From assembly GCA_025358055.1 (NCBI GenBank), contig JANYKV010000121.1, positions 585 to 64,584 on the forward strand: a DNA stretch of 64,000 nt, written 5' to 3'. The DNA is from Gemmatimonadota bacterium (GTDB taxonomy: Bacteria; Gemmatimonadota; Gemmatimonadetes; Gemmatimonadales; GWC2-71-9). Shown in pieces: positions 38,225-46,796 of the stretch. A model generated the notes under the pieces. The model searched no databases. It was not told the DNA's origin and saw only the letters and a program-made list of their open reading frames with translations. Position 1 is the first letter of the stretch, and the number at the start of each line of letters is the position of its first letter. The position numbers were made by a program, and so were the translations under genes.

Positions 38225-39463
38225 TTAGGGCATCCGCCCGTACTTCTTCATGGCGGCAATCACCCGATCGCCCGGGAGACCATGAACTCGGAGACCATCG
38301 GCTCCGGTCATCGTCTCGGCCGCCAACATTGCGTTCACCACAGCCTCCTCGGTTGCGTCGATGGTCGCGCGGAAGAAGCGATTGATCAATCCGTTGGGCC
38401 ACATCGACAAGGTCACTTCAGCCGTATCAACCGCAGCGCCCTTGTTGGCGGTGGAAAAAGCGAGAAAGAGGTCGCCCGATGTATTCCCGGCCAAACTGCC
38501 GAGCCTGCCGAGCCCCATTCCCACCCGTTTGGCCAGTCGTTCCAGTTGGTGCGGCAACATGGGTGCGTCGGTGGCAACGATCACGATGATCGACCCTCGG
38601 CCGAACGTGCTCTCGTCGGCGGGCGCGGCATCGCCGGGCCGACGCGTCCGGTCGTCATCGGGACACGCAGGGACTCGCGAGAGCCAGGGCCGAGACTGTG
38701 GTTCACGCTGGGTTGTGCACTGCCCCAGATCGGTGATCTCTCGCCCCACGGGCACGCCGAGAATGTGAAGGTCGCCACCGTAGTTGCATTGAACCAGCAC
38801 GCCCAGTGTGTAGTAGCTCCCGTCGGGCTTACCTTTCTCCACCAGGCGCGATGAAGTACCAATCCCACCTTTGAACCCGTTGCATCCCATCCCCGTGCCG
38901 CCCCCGACCGCGCCCTCCTGCACGGGTCCGGGTTTCGCCGCATCGAGTGCGGCCCACGCGTGCTCCGGTTTCACATGCTGGCCATTGGCGTCGTTCAAGA
39001 AGTCGAAGGTTTCGGCGACGATCGGGTAGGTGAATACGAACTGGCGGCCCCGCGCGATCTGCCATTGTATCGCCGCGTCGCGGACCGTGCCTACGCTGTG
39101 TGTGCCGGTGAGAAGAATCGGTCCTTCGAGGAATCCGGATTCCTTGATCCAATTGATCCCCGTCATATCACCATTGCCGTTCTGGTTGAACGTCGCGGCC
39201 ATCACGAAGTCCCAGTCGCCTTTGGGCCGCGGAAGGATCGCAGTGACCCCGGTCCGGATCGGGCCTTGACCAGGGACCAGTTTGCCATCGCCCTGAATGA
39301 TGGTCACGTGGCCGACGGCGATTCCCGGCACGTCGGTGATGGCATTGTAGACACCGGTGCGGCCCTCGAATGGGACTCCCAGGTCGCGTCCACGGGGGCG
39401 CTTCTGAGCGTCGAGCAGGGCCGGTACCAAGCCAATCACCACCAGCAGGTGAAATCGTGACAT
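38225..39463 (-). CDS. Secreted P1/S58 (DmpA-type) aminopeptidase, paralog 1
   Basis: Signal peptide. NAITDVPGIAVGH. Self-cleavage-type GRGS|IIVIVATDAP. C-terminal NAMLAAETMTG. Confidence 0.8.
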   Translation of the reverse strand: MSRFHLLVVIGLVPALLDAQKRPRGRDLGVPFEGRTGVYNAITDVPGIAVGHVTIIQGDGKLVPGQGPIRTGVTAILPRPKGDWDFVMAATFNQNGNGDMTGINWIKESGFLEGPILLTGTHSVGTVRDAAIQWQIARGRQFVFTYPIVAETFDFLNDANGQHVKPEHAWAALDAAKPGPVQEGAVGGGTGMGCNGFKGGIGTSSRLVEKGKPDGSYYTLGVLVQCNYGGDLHILGVPVGREITDLGQCTTQREPQSRPWLSRVPACPDDDRTRRPGDAAPADESTFGRGSIIVIVATDAPMLPHQLERLAKRVGMGLGRLGSLAGNTSGDLFLAFSTANKGAAVDTAEVTLSMWPNGLINRFFRATIDATEEAVVNAMLAAETMTGADGLRVHGLPGDRVIAAMKKYGRMP

Positions 39464-39984
39464 TAGCGGAGTGCTCCTATGAGGGCCTTCATGAAATGTG
39501 GCAGATCGGCCGGCGTCCGCGAGGAGATCAGGTTCCCGTCAACCACCACGGGACTGTCCTCCCAGATCATTCCCGCGTTGACCAGATCGTGCCGGATCGC
39601 ACCCACGCTGGTTCCTCGCTTCCCCCGAACGATCCCGGCTGAAATGGGGACCCACCCGGCATGGCAGATAAATCCGATCGGCTTGCCTGCGTCGAAAATC
39701 TCCTTGGTGATTTGGAGCAAACGTTTCGATCGACGCATGATGTCCGGCGCGTATCCGCCCGGAATGACGAGTCCATCGAACTCCAGCGGGTCGATTTGGT
39801 CGACGTCCGTGTCGACCGTCAGCGGATAGCCTCTTTTCCCTTGGTAAGATTTCTCTCCGGTGCCGGCCACCACTGTTCTCGCGCCCTCTTCTTCGAGTCG
39901 GATCTTGGGATACCAGAGCTCGAGGTCTTCATAAAGAGGCCCTGCGAAAAAGAGTACTGTCTTGCCCGTCAGTGGCATATCCAC
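39463..39984 (-). CDS. DJ-1/PfpI-family protein (type-1 glutamine-amidotransferase-like protease)
   Basis: GFICHAGW nucleophile-elbow Cys. FDGLVIPGG. Stop TAA overlaps the DmpA-1 ATG (TAATG). Confidence 0.8.
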   Translation of the reverse strand: MDMPLTGKTVLFFAGPLYEDLELWYPKIRLEEEGARTVVAGTGEKSYQGKRGYPLTVDTDVDQIDPLEFDGLVIPGGYAPDIMRRSKRLLQITKEIFDAGKPIGFICHAGWVPISAGIVRGKRGTSVGAIRHDLVNAGMIWEDSPVVVDGNLISSRTPADLPHFMKALIGALR

Positions 39985-40012
39985 CCCGATCTTTTAGCGT
40001 CTCCATCGCGAC

Positions 40013-41203
40013 CTACATCCTCCCGTATTTCTTCAATGCAGCGATCAAGCGCCCGCTGGGAAGCGCGTACACCCGGTGCCCGTCCCCGCCCGTCATGGTT
40101 TCCGCCGCGAGCATTGCGTTGAGAATGGACTCCTCGGTCGCTTCGACCGTGGCCTGGAACAGCGGGTTCATCTTTTCACTTGGGAACACTTTGATGGTCG
40201 AGACCGTGCTGTCGTTCCACGCGCCGGCATTTGCGGTCGAGAACGCGATGAAGATATCACCGGAAGAGTCCTCGCCGAGGCCGCCCATCCTCCCGACTCC
40301 GAGTGCGACCCGTTTGGCCAATCGTTTGAGTTGATGCGGCAAGAGCGGGGCGTCGGTGGCAACCACGACAATAATGGAACCACCGCCGCTTTCATCCAGC
40401 TCCGGCGTGCAGGGAGCTTGTGCGCGTGCGGTGGATTTGCCCCCTTTCGTGACGCAGGGCTTGAGGTCCATAATCTCCGCTCCAACCGGGGTGCCGAGCA
40501 CCGACAGTCGGGGTCTGCGTCCGTAGTTGCATTGCACTAACACGCCGACAATGTAACCACCGAGATCGACCGCGATTTTTCGGGAAGAGGTGCCGATGCC
40601 ACCTTTGAATTGATGGCACACCATGCCCGTACCGCCACCCACATTGCCCTCGGGGACTCGCCCGGCACCAGCGGATTCCAGGGCTGCGAAAACATGCTCC
40701 TTCTTTACATGAAATCCTTGAATGTCGTTGAGCCCGCCGTCCCAGGTCTCCGCCACCACCGGAAGCGAGAACAAGAAGTCGTTCCGGCCGTGTTTCACCA
40801 ACCATTCGATGGTTGCGTCCCGAACGGTTCCTATGCTAAGGGTATTCGTCAACATGACGGGGCCCCAGAGGTATCCGTTCTCTTCGAGATATGTCGTCCC
40901 GGTCATCTCTCCATTTCCGTTGAGCGCAAACCAAGCCCCGAACACCGGATCGGGTGAGTCTGACCCCCGGGGAAAGATCGCGGTGACTCCCGTTCGGACC
41001 GGTCCTTTCCCAACGACGAGCGGGCCCTCACCTTGGATCAAGGTCGTATGCCCGATCATGACCCCCGCTACGTCTGTAATGGCGTTGAGGGGTCCTGGAC
41101 TTCCGGGCAACGGGATTCCTAGGTCGCGCGCTCGGGGTTTCTGGGCCTCGAGGGGCGTCAGCAGGATGGCGAGGAAGAGTATGGGGAGAGGGCGTAGGCG
41201 CAT
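40013..41203 (-). CDS. Secreted P1/S58 (DmpA-type) aminopeptidase, paralog 2
   Basis: Collinear with 38225..39463 at roughly half the positions by eye. NAITDVAGVMIGH. GGGS|IIVVVATDAP. NAMLAAETMTG. Confidence 0.8.
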   Translation of the reverse strand: MRLRPLPILFLAILLTPLEAQKPRARDLGIPLPGSPGPLNAITDVAGVMIGHTTLIQGEGPLVVGKGPVRTGVTAIFPRGSDSPDPVFGAWFALNGNGEMTGTTYLEENGYLWGPVMLTNTLSIGTVRDATIEWLVKHGRNDFLFSLPVVAETWDGGLNDIQGFHVKKEHVFAALESAGAGRVPEGNVGGGTGMVCHQFKGGIGTSSRKIAVDLGGYIVGVLVQCNYGRRPRLSVLGTPVGAEIMDLKPCVTKGGKSTARAQAPCTPELDESGGGSIIVVVATDAPLLPHQLKRLAKRVALGVGRMGGLGEDSSGDIFIAFSTANAGAWNDSTVSTIKVFPSEKMNPLFQATVEATEESILNAMLAAETMTGGDGHRVYALPSGRLIAALKKYGRM

Positions 41204-41331
41204 GATCGTCTCGGCTCCGGAGGCTTGCCAGCGTGACCTTCAAACTACATCCTTCCGGCATCCAGCACCCAGTATCCGGGCTACATTCCTGGTTCCACCT
41301 CAGCCACTTCACCCCTGACTCGTAGGCGACC

Positions 41332-41580
41332 ATGCGCCCCCGCGAACGCATTCTGGGCAATCTCGAATCGATTTACCGCGAGTCTTACGACGGCGCCAAA
41401 GCTGCCGGAGAGCCCCATCGGATGGTGGATTTGGAGAACGCCTACATGCGGGATCAGCTGATGCTCGAGATTCTGCTAGACATTCGTGACCTATTCTCGG
41501 TGGCCCCAGCCGCTCCGAGCCCGGGCAAGAGCGCTTTGGAACAGCTTGAGGCCATCCGCCGGCTCACCAAGTTGCGGTAA
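41332..41580 (+). CDS. Small hypothetical protein (82 aa)
   Basis: ORF track only. Helical-looking, with no motif. Confidence 0.4.
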   Translation: MRPRERILGNLESIYRESYDGAKAAGEPHRMVDLENAYMRDQLMLEILLDIRDLFSVAPAAPSPGKSALEQLEAIRRLTKLR

Positions 41581-41660
41581 ACCGCACCGGCCTTACTCCA
41601 CCCAAGCCCGCGGGGTATACTCTGACCTCTCCTTCAACCGATGATGATCGGAACCCTGCC

Positions 41661-43325
41661 ATGGCCCTCCGTGCCTACACGAGCGTTGTCGCCTTGTTCA
41701 CCCTCACAATCATCGGTTGTGCCACCCCACAACCCGCCGACACCGTGTTCTATGGGAAGACCTGGACGGGCGACTCCACCAAGCCGATGGCGGCCGCTGT
41801 GGCGGTGCGAGGAGACTCCCTCGTCGCGGTGGGGGACAGCACGGCCATTGCTCGGCTCGTCGGCCCCAAGACCACCGTCATTGCCGCCGGCGGTGGGCTC
41901 ATCGTGCCTGGCTTTATGGACGACCATGTTCACTTCTTCGAGGGCGGGCAGCATGTGGGGAGCGTTCTGCTCCGGGACGCAGCCAGCCCAGCGGAGTTCG
42001 TTCGACGGATCAAAACCTATGCGGCCACGCTCAAGCCAGGGGAGTGGATTCTAGGCGGGGATTGGGACCATGAAATGTGGGCCGGCACCCCGCTGCCCGA
42101 TCGGTCTTGGATCGATTCCGTGACGCCCGCCAATCCGGTCGCGTTGAACCGCCTTGACGGACACATGATCCTCGCAAACTCTCTCGCGCTCAAAGCGGCG
42201 GGTCTCTCGCGAGGTACGGCAGCGATCCCGGGCGGAGAAATCGTCCGGCGACCGAACGGCGAACTCACCGGGGTGCTGAAAGATGAAGCCCAAAACCCGG
42301 TCTATGCCCGGATTCCTCCGGCGACCGCGGAACAGCTCGATTCACTCTTCAGCAAAACCATGACGTATGTCCTGCAACGCGGAGTGACCGGAATTTCCGC
42401 GGTGAGTATCGCGTGGCCTGAGGTGGCGGCGTTCCGGCGGGCCCACGACCATGGGAACCTCCTGCTCCGGGCTTCCCTCTACGTTCCGTTGGGCGATTGG
42501 CGCCGCATGGCGGATACCCTCAAAGCGCGTGGTCCGGGGGATGAGTGGCTTCGGGTAGCTGGTGTGAAGGGATTAGTGGATGGCTCTTTGGGCTCCACGA
42601 CCGCGCTCTTCTTCCAGCCGTTCAGCGATGCGCCCAACACGTCGGGCCTGTTCGTCACTCCGGAGGACTCGCTCCGCCGCTGGATTGCCGGGGCGGATTC
42701 CGCCGGCCTTCAGGTGGTCGTGCACGCCATCGGTGATCGGGCCAACGCCCTGTTGCTCGATGTGTTCGACAGCCTCGCCAAACTGCGTGGCCCTCGCGAC
42801 CGACGTTTTCGAATTGAACATGCTCAACATTTGCGTCGCGAAGATATTCCCCGTTTTGCCGCGCTCGGCGTCATCGCTTCAATGCAGCCATACCACGCGG
42901 TCGATGACGGCCGCTGGGCCGAAAAACGGATCGGCCCGGAACGAATCAAGACAACTTATGCCTTTCGCTCTCTCATCGATGCGAAGGCCCATCTCGCGTT
43001 TGGGTCCGACTGGTTCGTTGCGCCGATTGATCCTCTCCTCGGCCTCAAAGCCGCGGTGACTCGACAAACCGCCGATGGCAGGAATCCCGGTGGGTGGGTG
43101 CCGGAACAAAAGGTCACCCTCGCGGAAGCACTCCGGTCCTACACGGCGGAAAACGCCTACGGGATGTTCGCCGAAATGCGGGTCGGGAAGCTCATTCCCG
43201 GGTTCAAAGCGGATCTGGTACTGCTGGATCGGGATTTGTTCAGCATTCCGGCGGAGACTATTGACCAGGCCAAAGTCCGACTCACCATGGTGGGAGGAAA
43301 AGCAGTATACCGCGCCGGGAATTGA
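41661..43325 (+). CDS. Lipoprotein amidohydrolase (Amidohydro_3 / YtcJ-like)
   Basis: Lipobox LTIIGC. GFMDDHVHF metal motif. VHAIGD. C-terminal ADLVLLDRD. Confidence 0.8.
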   Translation: MALRAYTSVVALFTLTIIGCATPQPADTVFYGKTWTGDSTKPMAAAVAVRGDSLVAVGDSTAIARLVGPKTTVIAAGGGLIVPGFMDDHVHFFEGGQHVGSVLLRDAASPAEFVRRIKTYAATLKPGEWILGGDWDHEMWAGTPLPDRSWIDSVTPANPVALNRLDGHMILANSLALKAAGLSRGTAAIPGGEIVRRPNGELTGVLKDEAQNPVYARIPPATAEQLDSLFSKTMTYVLQRGVTGISAVSIAWPEVAAFRRAHDHGNLLLRASLYVPLGDWRRMADTLKARGPGDEWLRVAGVKGLVDGSLGSTTALFFQPFSDAPNTSGLFVTPEDSLRRWIAGADSAGLQVVVHAIGDRANALLLDVFDSLAKLRGPRDRRFRIEHAQHLRREDIPRFAALGVIASMQPYHAVDDGRWAEKRIGPERIKTTYAFRSLIDAKAHLAFGSDWFVAPIDPLLGLKAAVTRQTADGRNPGGWVPEQKVTLAEALRSYTAENAYGMFAEMRVGKLIPGFKADLVLLDRDLFSIPAETIDQAKVRLTMVGGKAVYRAGN

Positions 43326-43403
43326 GCGCCAGTCGGCCCGGTAGCCCCCGTGAACTCATCGATTGGTTCGCGCGCGGCGCAACTCGGACCCAGCTAGATT
43401 GTG

Positions 43404-43580
43404 CCCTAGGGAAGCTCTGCACCGGTCGCGGGAAGGGGAGAGGCCGCAGGAATCCTGGAGGGCGCGTGGCGTAGCTGGCCCTTACCGCGTTCCCGTCCCC
43501 TACCACAAAGCCGAGCGCCCCGGAGGGACCCTGCGGTCGAACCCCGGGACGGCACAACCCTTGTTCAGAGCTTCCCTAGG
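43404..43580. repeat. CTAG-centred palindromic extragenic element (family 2, long form)
   Basis: CCCTAGGGAAGCTCTGCAC (43404-43422) and GTTCAGAGCTTCCCTAGG (43563-43580) are inverted copies sharing a perfect 15-nt core, CCTAGGGAAGCTCTG. The two arms lie about 140 nt apart. Confidence 0.7.
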
Positions 43581-43627
43581 ACAAGCTTTTTGCGTTGTTG
43601 CACCTTAGCGCCCCGGGACCCCACGAC

Positions 43628-45760
43628 ATGGCTACTCGTGCCACAACCCGATCCAAAGCCTCGACCCGGCTCGACAAATCGGACCTCCTCGATCTGTATC
43701 GGATCATCCGGCTGTCTCGACGCCTGGATGACAAGGAGATCCAACTCAAACGGCAGAACAAGATCTTTTTCCAAATCTCGGGCGCGGGGCACGAAGCGGT
43801 TCTCGCCGCGGCCGCCCGCGTTTTCCGCCCGGGGTATGACTGGTTCTATACCTACTATCGCGACCGCGCCTTGTGCCTTGGGCTTGGCATGACCGCCACG
43901 GAGCAACTCCTGTCATCGGTCGGTGCCGCGGACGATCCGAATTCGGGTGGTCGGCAGATGCCCAGTCATTGGGGTCACAAAGAACTGAATATCGTGAGCG
44001 CTTCGAGCCCGACGGGAACCCAGTTTCTCCAGGCGGTCGGGTGCGCCGAGGCGTGGCTACGTTATTCCCAGAACGATCTGATCCCCGTCTCCGATCGCGA
44101 TCAAGTAATGCGGGGTGACGAGGTCGTGTTGTGCACGACCGGAGACGGCACCACGAGTGAAGGCGAATTCTGGGAATCGCTGAGCAGCGCTTGCAACCTC
44201 AAACTTCCGGTCGTGTACCTAGTGGAGGACAATGGCTACGCCATCTCCGTGCCGGTCGAGGTCAACACACCGGGTGGGTCGATCTCCAAACTCGTCGCGA
44301 GCTTTCCGGAGCTGTTCATTCAGGAAGTGGATGGGTGTGATCCGCTGGCGTCGTTTGATGTGCTTTCCAAAGCCTGGGACTACGCTCGTCAACGAAAGGG
44401 TCCTGCCCTGGTACACGCCCAGGTCATTCGGCCCTACAGTCACTCGCTCACGGACGACGAGGTGCATTATCGGCCTCCGCGCGAGCGCGAGGTCGATGCC
44501 GCCCGCGACCCGCTCACCTGTTTCCCGCGCTACCTGGTTGAGCAGGGCATCGCTTCGGTCGCCGAGATCGATGCCATCAAGGCAGACGTGGAAGAAGAGG
44601 TAGCTGTTGCCACCGAAACTGCTTTGGCTTCTCCGCAGCCGGCGACGACCACCGTTTACCAATATGTCTATTCGCCCGATGTCGACCCGACCTCCGACCA
44701 ATTCGACACCGAGGACGATCCCAAGTTTTCGGGCGATCCGACGACGATGGTCGATCTGCTCAACGTGTGTATGAAAGAGGAAATGACCCGTGATGCCCGC
44801 ATCCTGGTCTTTGGCGAGGATGTGGCGGATACGAGCCGCGAGGAGTATCTGGGCGAGGTGAAGGGCAAGGGCGGGGTCTTCAAGGTGACCTGGGGTCTCC
44901 AGAAGATGTTTGGAGGCAATCGGGTCTACAACTCGCCCCTGGCGGAGGCAAACATTGTCGGTCGGGCCATTGGTCTTGCCACCCGCGGTCTCAAGCCGGT
45001 CGTCGAAATTCAATTTTTTGACTACATCTGGCCGGCCTATATGCAGATCCGGAATGAGCTCGCGATCATGCGTTGGCGGTCCAACAACGCGTTCGCCGCC
45101 CCCGTGGTGGTGCGGGTAACGTATGGGGGATATCTCAAAGGCGGGGCACCGTACCATTCGCAGACCGGCGCTGCGGTGTTCACCGGCATCCCCGGGCTTC
45201 GGGTCATCTGCCCATCGACCGCGCTCGACGCAAACGGCTTACTCCGCACCGCCATTCGTTGCGACGATCCGGTTCTGTTCCTCGAACACAAGCACCTTTA
45301 CCGCCAGACCTATAACAAGGCGCCGAACCCGGGTCCGAATTTCATGATCCCCTTCGGGAAGGCGAAGGTGGTTCGGGCCGGCACCGACTTGACCGTGGTG
45401 ACCTACGGCGCCGTGGTGCAGCGCACGTTGGTCGCGGCGAAGGAATTGGAAGAAGAGCAGGGGCTAAGCGTCGAGGTGATCGACCTTCGGTCGCTCTCTC
45501 CTGTGGATTGGACCACCATCTATAATTCCGTGCGCAAGACGAGCCGAGTCATCGTAGCCTACGAGGATGCGCTCTCGTGGGGCTATGGCGCTGAAATCGC
45601 CGCGCGCATGGCCGATGAGATGTTCCCGTGGCTCGATGCTCCAGTTCGGCGGGTCGCTTCCACCGACACCTTCGTGGCCTACGCGCCGGAGCTGGAAGAA
45701 GTCATTCTTCCCCAGACCCCGGACCTCAAAAAGGCTATGGTGGAGATTTTGTCGTTCTGA
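43628..45760 (+). CDS. Fused alpha/beta E1 component of a 2-oxoacid (branched-chain type) dehydrogenase
   Basis: N-terminal TPP-binding E1-alpha part ([14 protein letters not shown]). C-terminal transketolase-like E1-beta part (VFGEDV...[21 protein letters not shown]). An alternative TTG start lies at 43595. Confidence 0.85.
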   Translation: MATRATTRSKASTRLDKSDLLDLYRIIRLSRRLDDKEIQLKRQNKIFFQISGAGHEAVLAAAARVFRPGYDWFYTYYRDRALCLGLGMTATEQLLSSVGAADDPNSGGRQMPSHWGHKELNIVSASSPTGTQFLQAVGCAEAWLRYSQNDLIPVSDRDQVMRGDEVVLCTTGDGTTSEGEFWESLSSACNLKLPVVYLVEDNGYAISVPVEVNTPGGSISKLVASFPELFIQEVDGCDPLASFDVLSKAWDYARQRKGPALVHAQVIRPYSHSLTDDEVHYRPPREREVDAARDPLTCFPRYLVEQGIASVAEIDAIKADVEEEVAVATETALASPQPATTTVYQYVYSPDVDPTSDQFDTEDDPKFSGDPTTMVDLLNVCMKEEMTRDARILVFGEDVADTSREEYLGEVKGKGGVFKVTWGLQKMFGGNRVYNSPLAEANIVGRAIGLATRGLKPVVEIQFFDYIWPAYMQIRNELAIMRWRSNNAFAAPVVVRVTYGGYLKGGAPYHSQTGAAVFTGIPGLRVICPSTALDANGLLRTAIRCDDPVLFLEHKHLYRQTYNKAPNPGPNFMIPFGKAKVVRAGTDLTVVTYGAVVQRTLVAAKELEEEQGLSVEVIDLRSLSPVDWTTIYNSVRKTSRVIVAYEDALSWGYGAEIAARMADEMFPWLDAPVRRVASTDTFVAYAPELEEVILPQTPDLKKAMVEILSF

Positions 45761-45790
45761 CCTCTAGAAGGTCGCTGAAATACACACCTT

Positions 45791-45889
45791 TGTCATCCCG
45801 AGCAACGCGAGGGATCTCAAAGCCGGCCGGGGCCGGTTAAAAATTCATGGTTTGAGATTCCTCGATCGCTTTGCTCTCTCGGAACGACA
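45791..45889. repeat. ~100-bp hairpin-forming extragenic repeat (family 1, copy 2)
   Basis: TGTCATCCCGAGCAACGCGAGGGATCTCAAAG ... central CCGGCCGGGGCCGG ... TTTGAGATTCCTCGATCGCTTTGCTCTCTCGGAACGACA. Aligns with 7162-7262. A degenerate partial copy (TGTCATTGCGCGTAGGCCCGAAGGGCCGGGG) lies at 45950-45980. Confidence 0.75.
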
Positions 45890-45903
45890 CCCGTGGAGTT
45901 TTT

Positions 45904-45930
45904 CAGCAGCTTGCTAGGGAAGCTGCGCAC
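45904..45930. repeat. CTAG-centred palindrome (family 2, compact form)
   Basis: CAGCAGCTTGCTAGGGAAGCTGCGCAC. Arms GCAGCTT/AAGCTGC abut around CTAG. Matches the arms of the 43404-43580 element. Confidence 0.6.
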
Positions 45931-45992
45931 AAGGCCGCATTGCCCTTCTGTCATTGCGCGTAGGCCCGAAGGGCCGGGGAACCAACCTGTGA

Positions 45993-46796
45993 CTACTTCA
46001 CCTTCTGGCACACCATCAGTTCGACGCTCGGGCTTTCTTTCATGAAACGATTGAGGAGGTATTCAACCGGATAGAGCAGAGCCCCCAAAATCCATCCTAG
46101 CACCTCGCTCAACATCGCCGGCGAGACCAGCGCGGTCCACAAGTACTTCGGTAGCCGCGACCTCGTGTCGGCTGGATAGTTCATCACGACGAACATGGGC
46201 ACCCGCCGGACTACCTCGAATCCAGCTTCTCGAACTCGCGCCTCGCTTTCCGCCAAAGGCCGACTTGCCTGATGGGCCACTCGAACGGTGGCCTCGTGAA
46301 TGAAATTGTCACTCCATAAGAACCACCCGCCCGGCTTGAGCAGCGACGCGACGTTCCGAAACGCCTGGGCGTATTGGGCATCGTCGACAATGTGAAAGAA
46401 GATGTCGAACGCGGAGATGGCGTCGAACGAGCCGGGTGTGAGAGTCCCCCGTTCGAGCGGGAGACCGATATCACCCCGCACAAAGGCGCAGTCCGGATAT
46501 TTCTTCGCGAGGGTATCGACCACCACTTGGGTCAAATCGACCCCGGTGATGTCCCGGCAGCCATGCTCCTTCCAACGGTCTACATAGAATCCCGTTCCCG
46601 ACCCGATGTCGAGAATGCGGGCGCCGGGCCAATCGATCGGGAGGGTTTCGGTGACGCGGTCAAAGACGGGTATGCGGACGCGGTAGAGCCACTCGTTATA
46701 TTGTCGGCCGAGTCTGAGGTAGCCGACGCCTTCGAGACTGAAGTGGGTCCGGAGCCGTTGTTCCCAGTAATCCCGATTCTGGAACGACCCGTTCAA
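45993..46796 (-). CDS. Class I SAM-dependent methyltransferase
   Basis: ILDIGSGTGFY (motif I). TTG start overlapping the kinase stop (TTGA). Confidence 0.8.
   Translation of the reverse strand: MNGSFQNRDYWEQRLRTHFSLEGVGYLRLGRQYNEWLYRVRIPVFDRVTETLPIDWPGARILDIGSGTGFYVDRWKEHGCRDITGVDLTQVVVDTLAKKYPDCAFVRGDIGLPLERGTLTPGSFDAISAFDIFFHIVDDAQYAQAFRNVASLLKPGGWFLWSDNFIHEATVRVAHQASRPLAESEARVREAGFEVVRRVPMFVVMNYPADTRSRLPKYLWTALVSPAMLSEVLGWILGALLYPVEYLLNRFMKESPSVELMVCQKVK

Noticed and set aside
43520-43562. tRNA-like GGTCGAACCCC inside the family-2 element
   Set aside because: The T-loop lacks the TTC context, and no acceptor, D or anticodon arms can be paired. It is probably fortuitous.
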